Below are positions 33,139-42,435 of a DNA stretch of 64,000 nucleotides, one piece after another. A model generated the notes under the pieces. The model was not told the origin of the DNA. It saw only the letters and a list, made by a program, of their open reading frames with translations, and made no database searches. Made by a program: the position numbers and the translations under genes. Source of the stretch: an uncultured Verrucomicrobiae bacterium (GTDB lineage Bacteria > Chlamydiota > Chlamydiia > Chlamydiales > Rhabdochlamydiaceae). Every line of letters starts with the position of its first letter. Within the stretch, counting starts at the first letter, position 1. The DNA lies in NCBI GenBank assembly GCA_963718565.1, contig OY970364.1, positions 224,001 through 288,000 on the forward strand, read 5' to 3'.

Positions 33139-35985
33139 AACAGATTCAAGAAGACAAGATCATTTCAGAATTTTTAAAATCACTGGGACCATGGCGAGAG
33201 TTCGTTGTTATCGGGGGCGGTTTTGCTCTCTTCATTTACAAGCTTTATCTTGCTGATCCCAAGCTCGAGAATCTTCCTGTTGGAACGCGTGATATCGATT
33301 CGTTGATTCCCAGAAGGGTTCCTGAGATCTCTAAAAAGAACATCGCCAAATATCTCAATGAAGCAGGCTTTACTCACGTCTTCAAAGATGTCGATATTCC
33401 TGCAACCGAAAGCTTTGTGAAAGAGATCGATGGGGTAGAAGTAGAGATCGAATTTTTAACGGACTCGGCTACCCGAGATGATAACCCAAGTTCGCGGCTT
33501 TCCCAGAGGAGCTATGCAAATTCGTCACTACATCTTGAATTAAACGAGTGTTTTATGACCTCTGAGAATTGAAGACGATAATCCCAGCGCCCTGTAAATC
33601 TCTATTTGCTCGCCTTCTGCCTTTGTAGTGCTGCGGTGGTAGAGCACCCTGCCTTCTGTTGTCTTGGCCCGCACAGTTACTCGGACTCGAGTAATCATGA
33701 TATTACGTATTGTCTGCCACAAATAGTTTATCCCTTTTCGAATTAATTGGTGCCTGCAGTGTTGGATTAGATGGTAGGCAAGTATGGTGATCCATAAATG
33801 CCCGTCCACTCGATGTTCCTTCTGGTGATAGACTGGACGCAATCCTAATGAGGATTTCATAAATCGAAACGCATCCTCAACGCTTCTGAGAACATTATAC
33901 AATTGCCATAACTCTTTTGCTTCCAAATCGGTTCGATTTGTTCTCAGAAAATAGGAGCCAGTGAGCTTTTCTTGCATTTTTTCTTCGATCACCTTCCATT
34001 CCACAGCAATTGTGGTGAGCCCATCTTCTGAAGGAATTGCATTGACTTCATAGCATCCTGAAATTCTCTTATGCTTTTCCTTGAGCCGACCTACCCGTTC
34101 AAGCACTTTGTTATGCTTCTTGCGCCCTTTAGGTTTGGAAAGACCATTCGCAAGTTTTTGTAGATCATCTTCAAATCGTTTTCTAAATTTTTTCTTCATC
34201 CCTGAGGCGACCGCTGCTTTTGCTTCAGATTCGCAATAGAGCCAATTTTCCTCATTACCATCCTGACTGATCAAGGCAGCTTTTACTAGGTCATGCTGAT
34301 CACCTACTGAGACTAATTGTCCTTCAAATTCAACAACGGGAGGATCTTGTCTTGCTGAGACAACATACGTATATCTATTCTTGCGTAACCAGGTCAGATT
34401 CTCTTCGGTAGCAATCCCTGCATCCAATACAATAGTTGGCTTGATTAGAGACGAGTGAATACTTAGGCTCGCGATCATTGTTTGTAGGGTTTGGGGCTCT
34501 GAAGCATTTCCTGCAAGTAATGAGGTTTTGATGAGAAATCCGTGCTCATTCATGACTAGCCCTATAGTAATGAGAGGGCAATCATTTCGTTTTTCTTTCG
34601 AAAGACCATAGGCAGCTTTTGGATTTGCCTCAGCCCGCCCTTCTGTATACGTATTGGTTAAATCGTAGAGAGCTATTGTACTTTTGTATCCATGAAATTG
34701 CTGTTCGATGGTTTCTAAAGCTGTTTCCAACCCGTCTTTATGAGACAGCAACGTATCGCTGATTTTATAGAGCTTGTGCAAAGTAGTTTTTGTAAAGTCG
34801 AAATCAAGTAATTCGCCAAGACCACTGCTAGTGCATAGCCACCGATAAGCTTCCCTTTCGCTGCTTGGGTGTACAGCCCTGGCAACGATCGATCCCAAGG
34901 CAATTGCGGCATCTGTTTTTGAAAGGCCTAGTTTTTGCAGCTGTTCCGGCAGTTTGAGTTGATTTCCCATCTGAAGTAAGAGATGTTCCGCACCAACAGA
35001 CCGTGGTTCAGTCTGTTCAATTGAATGAACGTCGATATTGACAAATTCAGGTAGTAGATCTTGTTTTAGTTGTTCCGCGTTGTCTCCTGGGTCGGACAAA
35101 CGACGCACAATCTGCGAGGTGTAAGATTGGGCTAGCTTTTGAATCTCTTCTGGATAAGCGAATAACGATTGCGCACTTGTAAGAATATCTTCAATGCATT
35201 GAGCGAGAAGTGCATGCTGTTCTTCTGGGAGGTTGATTTCGGCTCCCATGTATAGAAGCGCGCGTTGGCGCGGGCCTCTATCAGTCCTCACGGATTCAAC
35301 CAAGTGAAAAGCAGAGTAGGTTTTTCCGCTCTTACGGTCTGTCTTGAGGGTTTTCCTTATATACATGCCCTCAGATCTTACCGATGGATCGAATTTATTT
35401 AAACATGAAATAATTATTTTACAAATTTTCAGTCACTACAAATTCGCAAAAACAGCAAAGCACTAAAAATAAGGGACTTACGAAAGCAAAGGTTGATTTT
35501 AATGTTGTTGATTATGAGGGACTTAGGTCAGCTCTCTCGGGCGAACTTGGGATAAGAATAAAAACGTCGTGATCGCAGGCATTGTTGCTCAGCCATTGAG
35601 CTACTTGACGCTGAGCCTGCAAACGACAATGGAATTTCGAACCTATTCAGGAGAAGCGGGAAAGGTCGTCTCACCTGGCGCATGGATTTTCCATAAAGGG
35701 CTTACTTTTACTAGGCGAAAGAGTGCATCAAAGATGCTCAAGGATCTCTATGGGATCTGGTACGTAGCCACGCAGCTGGCAGACTTTTCCGATCAAGCGC
35801 TTGCTGAATTTGCTTTCCTCTCCCAGCAGCACCCCAAATGGCTGCAGACATATCAGAAGCAATTATCCAACTGGATCAATCAGGCGTCTCCAAATGATTG
35901 GTCTAAGTTAGAGTCTCAAGATCCGTTTGGAAAGCTGAAAAAACTAGGTTTCGAACGCATTATAAAGAAGTTGCTAGTCCTTTAG
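33135..35985 (+). pseudogene. Type IV TA nucleotidyltransferase toxin (GSU2403/AbiEii-like), split by IS1634
   Basis: VVIGGG..TRDID, HKGL..R...KMLKDL; 33135-33484 + 35556-35985 = 780 nt in frame (TRDD-K-NKNVVIAG). Confidence 0.8.
33485..35551 (-). mobile_element. IS1634-family element, copy 2 (transposase 33540-35366)
   Basis: Same length (2067 bp) and identical protein to copy 1; duplication ATAA. Confidence 0.93.
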
Positions 35986-36065
35986 CTATCCATGGAGGCC
36001 AAAGGGCTCTTCCCAATTAGTTGATGAGAAAAATCCAGCAGGTTGCTGGACTCTTGAGATTCACT

Positions 36066-36956
36066 TTAGCACTCATTCCAAAATCTGATAGCGGCACTTA
36101 AAAATGCTTTACACTTTATTTCTTCCCATATGATAGGAGGTGAATTGGGAAAGAGGTAGTATTGTTCATTTGCACATACAAATTCATTTCTGTTTGTCGA
36201 TTGAAGCCAATTTAAGATGTTCATTATGCAGTCCTGGTCTTTGCCTTTGAAGTATTCAGGTGGTACGTTGTAGAGCATGCCTTCGAGAAAATATGAAGTG
36301 GCTATGTCTTTTTCGAGCATTTGAGTATTGATCAATTTCTTGTGGAGGTTCTTAAAGATCCTCACAGTTGGTTTAAATCGGCCGTCGGTCATTTGATTTT
36401 TTTTTGTGAGATTGTTCGAATGGTGCTTTGGGTAATTTACGATCAATTGGTCATCTTTATCATAGAAACAGATCCCCTCCAGATAGGACTGGTCAGTGAT
36501 ATTGCGAAATCTATGGTAGTGTCGAGATTGAAACGCCGCAATGACATCCACTTTTCTGAGGTTACCATTGGGCATGATGGTAATTGCTTTATCGCCTTTC
36601 AGTAGGTATTCTCCGTATTTTTTGATAAGAATTCCCAGCACTATATTTTTAAAGTCGACATAGGTATAGGGCACCGACCTAAACCAGCCATCATAATTAG
36701 TTTTTTCATATTCAGACAATTGATCAAGATTGGGGTAAAAGCTATCGTCAAGTTTGATTATGATGTCTACATCGCTTTCAGCATAGATATTGGTATCGTT
36801 ACCATAAGAACCTTGAAGGAACACTTCAAAGTGTTTGGTGCCGTAAAAGGGGAGTTCGGTTTCAAGTATGCTTTTGATTGTTTTATATGTTGCACTAGAT
36901 TGAGCAATCGATCCTTGGTGAGACCAACAATTAAGCTGTTCTTCAGAAATAGCCAT
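36066..36956 (-). CDS. CD-NTase (SMODS nucleotidyltransferase), CdnE-like; CBASS cyclase
   Basis: FLQGSYGNDTNIYAESDVDII, VDVI, IVNYPK.H, FKPTVRIFK, SYFLEGMLYNVP. Confidence 0.88.
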   Translation of the reverse strand: MAISEEQLNCWSHQGSIAQSSATYKTIKSILETELPFYGTKHFEVFLQGSYGNDTNIYAESDVDIIIKLDDSFYPNLDQLSEYEKTNYDGWFRSVPYTYVDFKNIVLGILIKKYGEYLLKGDKAITIMPNGNLRKVDVIAAFQSRHYHRFRNITDQSYLEGICFYDKDDQLIVNYPKHHSNNLTKKNQMTDGRFKPTVRIFKNLHKKLINTQMLEKDIATSYFLEGMLYNVPPEYFKGKDQDCIMNILNWLQSTNRNEFVCANEQYYLFPNSPPIIWEEIKCKAFLSAAIRFWNEC

Positions 36957-36969
36957 TGTTCCCGCCAAA

Positions 36970-37941
36970 TCAGATTAGAAAATTTTTGAGTTCATTTTCA
37001 CGCATTGCAAATGACTCCCTTCCACGCTGGTGCAGAAGGTTGAGCTTTGTAAGGTCGTGTTCCATTAAGTCTGTTGCCATTTCTGGCTTCTCGAACGTAT
37101 CGCTAATACGAATTGCCTTAACGTCTTTAAATAGAATGTGTCGAAGCTGCTCCATTGACTGGGTGTTAATTTCAAGTGTCTTTTGCAAAAGTTGGACAGT
37201 CCAATGCTTTTTGGCTAACCTTTTCCACCAGGTATATTTTGGTTCAGGATATACACCAACGCCAACGCTCACAATTCTCAGGTCTTCAAGTCTTTTTTGC
37301 ATAGGCCCTGTTGCGTCTGCAATAGCATAAAGAGTCGGATTGTTTGCACAATAACCGCCATCCACCAATTCCACCTTGTCCCCACCAGAAGTTGTTATAG
37401 TCTTGCGATCAAAAAATGGATATGCAGAGCAAGATGCTTGAACCGCTTCTGCGATGCTTACCCCAAAACCAGGAACAAATGTACCTATTCTTCCATGGGC
37501 TTGAGATGCATTCCCTTTAAAAATCATGGGCTTTTCTATAATCCACTTGGTCGCTACGATGCCAATTCCAGTTTTTACGTCGGCAAACGTTTTATCAGCG
37601 AATACCTCTTTAGCAAGCTTATTAAGTGCCTGAGATTTGCCGCGTCGACCGCGTGCCTGCATGATATCGGGCACATATGTCTGATAGAGCTTATGAATTT
37701 CATCGATTGTGTAGCCTAGCGCAATAAGAGCCGCGATGATTCCACCAGTGCTCGTTCCAAAAATGAGATCAAATTTAGTGTAGAGAGGGGCACTTAATAA
37801 TCCTTCGATCTCTCTTAAAACCCCAAGTGAATAGAAACCCTTGGCGCCTCCTCCATCTAACGTAAGAATACGGCAAAGTTTGTCTTTTGAATCGTCAGTC
37901 GTCAATGAGCTGTTTTTAGGGTTGGTAAAATCTTCAGTCAT
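36970..37941 (-). CDS. Patatin-like phospholipase; CBASS effector (CapE/CapV-like)
   Basis: LDGGGAKG, GTSTG, DGG..ANNP; immediately upstream of the CD-NTase. Confidence 0.88.
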   Translation of the reverse strand: MTEDFTNPKNSSLTTDDSKDKLCRILTLDGGGAKGFYSLGVLREIEGLLSAPLYTKFDLIFGTSTGGIIAALIALGYTIDEIHKLYQTYVPDIMQARGRRGKSQALNKLAKEVFADKTFADVKTGIGIVATKWIIEKPMIFKGNASQAHGRIGTFVPGFGVSIAEAVQASCSAYPFFDRKTITTSGGDKVELVDGGYCANNPTLYAIADATGPMQKRLEDLRIVSVGVGVYPEPKYTWWKRLAKKHWTVQLLQKTLEINTQSMEQLRHILFKDVKAIRISDTFEKPEMATDLMEHDLTKLNLLHQRGRESFAMRENELKNFLI

Positions 37942-38067
37942 AAATGGGATATAAAACCTTTGGCAAAAGTTGATACATTTTCCACTGACGCCATTTTTCG
38001 TTCCAACAGTTTGCAATAGAATTCGATCGTTTACAACTAATTTCGTGCTATAACAATAGGAGCAAAT

Positions 38068-39204
38068 ATGGAACGGAAAGAAAGTCTAGAGAAGGCAGAA
38101 AATGATCTCAGAGGAATTATAGTGAGGACCCATAGGCATTGCCAAACCTATCGAGTGCGTATTCGGATGAAGGGTGGTCAGTGCTTTGACAGGTCATTTA
38201 GATCGAAGACGCTCGCTAAAAAATGGAAGAGGGATATGGAGTCGGCAATCGAGCATGATCGATATGAATTCACGAATCCTGCAACCAAACACATCCTTGC
38301 GGATCTGATCGACCTCTACATCGAGAGAGTTCTGCCTGGAAAGCCACGGAATGCCAAGAATGTTCTTCAGCATCTGACTTGGTGGAAGGAGGAACTTGGG
38401 CATTTGCTGTTAGCTCAAGTGAGGCCTAGCATAATCGCAGAAAAAAGGGATGAGCTACTTGCGGGCTTGTTGAGAGGTGGAAAGCTTCGATCGCCTACGA
38501 CAGTTGTTCGCTATTTGAGCAGTTTGTCTCATGTTTTTTCAAAAGCGGTCAAGGAATGGGAGTGGATGAGAGAGAACCCGGTTTTTAAGATTGAAAAGCC
38601 CAAGCAGGCGCAAGGCAGAAAGCGGGTATTAACTGACGAAGAGCAGCAAAGGCTTTTACAAGCATGCCGGGAGAGCGGATCGAAGGACTTGTTCTTGATC
38701 GTTGCTCTTGCTCTGGGAACGGGCATGCGCAAAGGAGAAATCATGGGACTGACATGGAGAAATATTCAGTTGGGAGAGCCCACAGGAACAATTCTGCTTG
38801 AGAGGACGAAGAATGGTCGTTCACGATCTGTTTTGATTACCGGCCTATTGCTAGGGCTTTTGCAAGAACGACACAAACAGCAGCGCGCTGATAGCTTGGT
38901 CTTCCCATCACCCAATTATCCCAACCAGTCTGTTGATATCCGATCTGCTTGGGAAAAAGCTTTGCAAAAAGCTGGAATAGAAGGATTTGTTTTCCATGGA
39001 TTGCGTCATCAGGCTGCTTCTCAAGCAGCAACGATTGAAAACAGCCCCTTGGTGATCGGAGAGTTGCTCGGCCACCAGACCCTTCAGATGACCAGGCATT
39101 ACGTCCATTTGCCAAGCGCTCATATGCACACGATGGTCGAAGCACTTCAATCAAAAATCTTTCAAAACTATCAGGAGGGCAGCCATGCACAACTTAGAAA
39201 ATAA
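38068..39204 (+). CDS. Tyrosine recombinase (internal, no adjacent tRNA att)
   Basis: GMRKGEI, TKNG, FHGLRH, LGH, HYVH; same family as the other three integrases. Confidence 0.9.
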   Translation: MERKESLEKAENDLRGIIVRTHRHCQTYRVRIRMKGGQCFDRSFRSKTLAKKWKRDMESAIEHDRYEFTNPATKHILADLIDLYIERVLPGKPRNAKNVLQHLTWWKEELGHLLLAQVRPSIIAEKRDELLAGLLRGGKLRSPTTVVRYLSSLSHVFSKAVKEWEWMRENPVFKIEKPKQAQGRKRVLTDEEQQRLLQACRESGSKDLFLIVALALGTGMRKGEIMGLTWRNIQLGEPTGTILLERTKNGRSRSVLITGLLLGLLQERHKQQRADSLVFPSPNYPNQSVDIRSAWEKALQKAGIEGFVFHGLRHQAASQAATIENSPLVIGELLGHQTLQMTRHYVHLPSAHMHTMVEALQSKIFQNYQEGSHAQLRK

Positions 39205-39907
39205 GACTCTTGCGGTATTGTGGAGACCAGAACTGCTTAGCGATGAGGAAATGCACGAATGCTTGAAGGAAACGTGCTGGACTGCCAGAAGAGCCGCTTA
39301 TTATGTCCTGGGCTTGAAAATCCCTGAGCTAAGTAGCCTTGAGGAAGAGAAAAGGCTTTGCCCTGATTTTGAAAAGTACTACGAGCTTTTCAAAAGCTGT
39401 TTTGAAGAGGGGAGAATTGCGGTCCATTCCTTCTGCTCAGAATATGGCAAGAATGTTCGGGCTGCCTTGCCTGTCGATTGGCTGAAGCTGGTCCACAAGG
39501 GGAGGCTAAAAGACGATGCTATCGAAGACAAAGAAGTGAAACGAGAAGGCTTGTATGTCGCTCCTTTGCTTACAGAAGCTTGGCTGCTTTTGCAAGGGAA
39601 GGCGGTCTTCGCCAAAAGGCGACCTGCTCAAGAAAGGGACGATAAGCTTTTCGCTTGGAGTGCTGCTAGAAAGCTGCGCAAGGATTTTCCTCAGTTATCC
39701 AACCGCCAAATGGCGCAGATCATCTATAAGCATTGCTCAAAGGTGCAGAAGTATCCCTTCAAGACCGTTTACGGCTGGGTCATCGATTCAGCCATCCCTA
39801 TAAATGAAGAGCCTGCGCAAAGTAGGCGGGATAGAAACGGTCGTCCTAAAAAAGACAGCTATCAGAAGCTCTCTGTCGATTTCTCCTCCTATTTCAATAA
39901 TTTGTAA
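39185..39907 (+). CDS. Integrase-coupled hypothetical protein, possible C-terminal HTH
   Basis: Overlaps the integrase end; LSNRQMAQII..KTVYGWV; positional analogue of 19131-19874. Confidence 0.6.
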   Translation: MHNLENKTLAVLWRPELLSDEEMHECLKETCWTARRAAYYVLGLKIPELSSLEEEKRLCPDFEKYYELFKSCFEEGRIAVHSFCSEYGKNVRAALPVDWLKLVHKGRLKDDAIEDKEVKREGLYVAPLLTEAWLLLQGKAVFAKRRPAQERDDKLFAWSAARKLRKDFPQLSNRQMAQIIYKHCSKVQKYPFKTVYGWVIDSAIPINEEPAQSRRDRNGRPKKDSYQKLSVDFSSYFNNL

Positions 39908-40022
39908 CTCGCTGCTATTCAACGCATTTTACGGTTTTTCCACCGGCGCCATTTTTTCATGGCGATAGGTCGCCGTAAAATGCGGTTATTAAATTCAAAC
40001 TGCAATAGTAGAGGAGTGAGAA

Positions 40023-40316
40023 ATGAAAAACGATAGATCAAAAAATATAGACGAAGTGGCTCCAGAGCCAAAACAGACACGGTTCATCCCTGTGTCGAAA
40101 TGGAATGAGTTTCATGAATGGCCACCAGTCGGTGGAATGCGCCACTTGATCTTCTTTCGAAATGAAAATGGGTTTGCCAAGGTCTTAAAGCGCCCTAATC
40201 GCACCTGGCTCATTGATGAGAAGGCTTTTTTCAAGTGGGTGTCGGAGAAAAAATACAGACCCCGCAAAAAGGAAACCGAAGTCCAGGAAAACGCTAAAAT
40301 CGCAGTACAGCCATGA
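40023..40316 (+). CDS. Excisionase/AlpA-like protein
   Basis: IPVSKWNEFHEWP..WLIDEKAFFKWV, clear homologue of 18683-18880. Confidence 0.7.
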   Translation: MKNDRSKNIDEVAPEPKQTRFIPVSKWNEFHEWPPVGGMRHLIFFRNENGFAKVLKRPNRTWLIDEKAFFKWVSEKKYRPRKKETEVQENAKIAVQP

Positions 40317-41365
40317 TAACTTCCGAAGGATTCGTAAAACTTTATCGAGAGGGGCTTGCACTTTTAGAACTCAGCCTTCCAGCTTTCGCGTTGTTGACGC
40401 AGATTGCTTTGCGTGCAAACCGGATGGATCCCGCTTATTCAATCTATCAACTCAAGGCTAACGAAGCACTCGTTGGCGATCATAAAAAGATTGGTTTGTC
40501 CAGGCAGCAATATCGTGATGCGGTACTGAGGCTTGAAGCACACGGTCTTGCGACTTTCCGAAAAACCAATCAAGGGACTATTGCAGTTCTCACTAACAAA
40601 GCCATTTTTGACATCAATGCTGAATCGGATGAAGGGCCTATAGCGTACACAGCCTTAGAAAAAGAACCAAATTACAGCCACGCGAAAACCATTCAGCAAC
40701 CACTAGAGAACCAAAAAGAAACCACATGGGAACCATCAAAAGAACCATCGGATTTGTCAATGAAAAATCGAGAAAAGGAACCACCCAAAGAACCAGTTAA
40801 CAACCACCAAAAAACCATAAAAGAACCGGATAGAAACCAATCGAGAACCAATCCAGAACCACTAACAAAGAAAGAAGAAAAAGAAGAAGAAAAAAGAGCT
40901 GCAGCAGCCTATTCGCGCACTTTTTACAAATGCCTGGATGGATTGGATTTGAGCGATCAGGAGAAGAGATCCCTGATGTGCTATAGCGAACATCGTGTGG
41001 CTCATGCTGCGGAATTTGTGAGAAGAAAGCACAATGTCGACAGCCCCATCGGGCTGATGATGTGGGTTTGTCAACAGCCTAGCCTCCCTGAGATTCCCAA
41101 GGAAAATCGAAAAAGTATGACTCCTCAGCAAAAGCTTGCTTGGGAGTACAACCAGTTTCTCAGCAGCAATGGCTATGCTGCTCAAGCAAAGCAGAATGAA
41201 GAAAAGATCCCCAATGACAGAATGGTAATTTTAGAACAGGGACAACTCATGCCAATTACGCTAAACCATCCCCTTCAGATCCTGCAGGAAGATTTTCGAA
41301 AGTCCAAAGAGGAAATTTTGAAAAGCCAGAGGATAGTTCGAGGGCTACAAGGTGACAAATTATAA
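40313..41365 (+). CDS. Putative phage-type replication initiator (wHTH N-terminus, iteron-containing linker)
   Basis: EGFVKLYR start, IGLSRQQYR.A..RL, TNQGT; internal AACCA array. Confidence 0.6.
   Translation: MITSEGFVKLYREGLALLELSLPAFALLTQIALRANRMDPAYSIYQLKANEALVGDHKKIGLSRQQYRDAVLRLEAHGLATFRKTNQGTIAVLTNKAIFDINAESDEGPIAYTALEKEPNYSHAKTIQQPLENQKETTWEPSKEPSDLSMKNREKEPPKEPVNNHQKTIKEPDRNQSRTNPEPLTKKEEKEEEKRAAAAYSRTFYKCLDGLDLSDQEKRSLMCYSEHRVAHAAEFVRRKHNVDSPIGLMMWVCQQPSLPEIPKENRKSMTPQQKLAWEYNQFLSSNGYAAQAKQNEEKIPNDRMVILEQGQLMPITLNHPLQILQEDFRKSKEEILKSQRIVRGLQGDKL
40665..40861 (+). repeat. Iteron-like array: 16 AACCA-type pentamers at 11(-12)-bp period
   Basis: Starts 40665, 676, 687, 698, 709, 720, 731, 743 and 40779, 791, 802, 813, 824, 835, 846, 857. 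Confidence 0.8.
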
Positions 41366-41630
41366 GGGTCGAACAAGGCACAATGGGGGAGACTTTAGGG
41401 AGGGGTTTTGCGGAGCTAATAAAAAGGAGGATTTTGTTGAATAACCGGGACCTGGTGAAAAGTAGATTTTTTCTTCATCCAGTGTATTTACATGGTAAGT
41501 CCTATTTGTTAATTTTTTCTATGGAAACCGTTCTCTGCTCGATGTTATAATAATTTTCATAAGGCTGTGATTTTTACAGTTTTAAGCAGAGATATTCGCT
41601 CCCTAAAAAACAAGGAAAGGATGCTTCTCT

Positions 41631-42428
41631 ATGAAGGAAAGTGAAAAGCGAGTTTTGATTAATACTATTAATTCTTCAGGATCAATCCTGGAAGAGCAAG
41701 TGTTTTCGGCACTTTCAAAAAGTCGTTTTGGAAATGAAATTGAAAAAGGTAAAGCCTTTACCTTTCAAGATGAACGGATCGAGATTGATTGCTTACTTTC
41801 GACATTTCGTCTCCGTTTTTTATTTGAGTGTAAAAGATCTTTCTATTCCTTCTATTTTCTGAGGTCTACAGAATATAGAAATGAAGGTTGTTTGATACAG
41901 CAAAATGCAGGATTGAGAACAATACAGATCAATCCACAAACCATGCTAAAATCTAAATTAAAAACTTTCCCTTATTGCCTTGAAATTTTAGAAAATCAAG
42001 GTGTGTTTCAAAGGGCTAAGAAGGGTAAAATAGATTTTGCGCCTGAACTAGCTGAGAGAGCAGGCAGAGAAGAAATATTACATGGATTCACGCGACAAAC
42101 CTTCAAAAACTTGGAAGCGTATATTTGGAAGCTACACCAAAAGCGGGAGTTTCTTTCAGAATTTGTCACCTTCCTTCCTGTAATTGTAACAAATGCGAAG
42201 CTTTATTCAATGGAATTTAAACCAGAGCAGATTGATGCTGATGGTAATTTGCAGGACTTTTGTAATTATCAACAGGAAAATTATGTAGGTTTTAACTTTT
42301 CAGATTCAGTGAAATGGGATGCCGGAAAGCAGGAAATAATTACAGAGTCAGGAAGCTATGAAAAAACGGTTTTTGTTGTTAACGTTAACCATCTATTAAG
42401 TTTTGTTGAAGGAATCAAACAACTTTAA
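41631..42428 (+). CDS. Hypothetical protein, PD-(D/E)XK nuclease-like
   Basis: SG.ILEEQV, EIDCLL, FLFECKRS pattern; late PVIVTNA. Confidence 0.55.
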   Translation: MKESEKRVLINTINSSGSILEEQVFSALSKSRFGNEIEKGKAFTFQDERIEIDCLLSTFRLRFLFECKRSFYSFYFLRSTEYRNEGCLIQQNAGLRTIQINPQTMLKSKLKTFPYCLEILENQGVFQRAKKGKIDFAPELAERAGREEILHGFTRQTFKNLEAYIWKLHQKREFLSEFVTFLPVIVTNAKLYSMEFKPEQIDADGNLQDFCNYQQENYVGFNFSDSVKWDAGKQEIITESGSYEKTVFVVNVNHLLSFVEGIKQL

Positions 42429-42435
42429 TTTCCAG

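Noticed and set aside
40665..40861. CRISPR array or protein tandem repeat
   Set aside because: The 5-bp unit with 6-bp spacers is far too short for CRISPR, no cas genes are present, and the period is not codon-aligned
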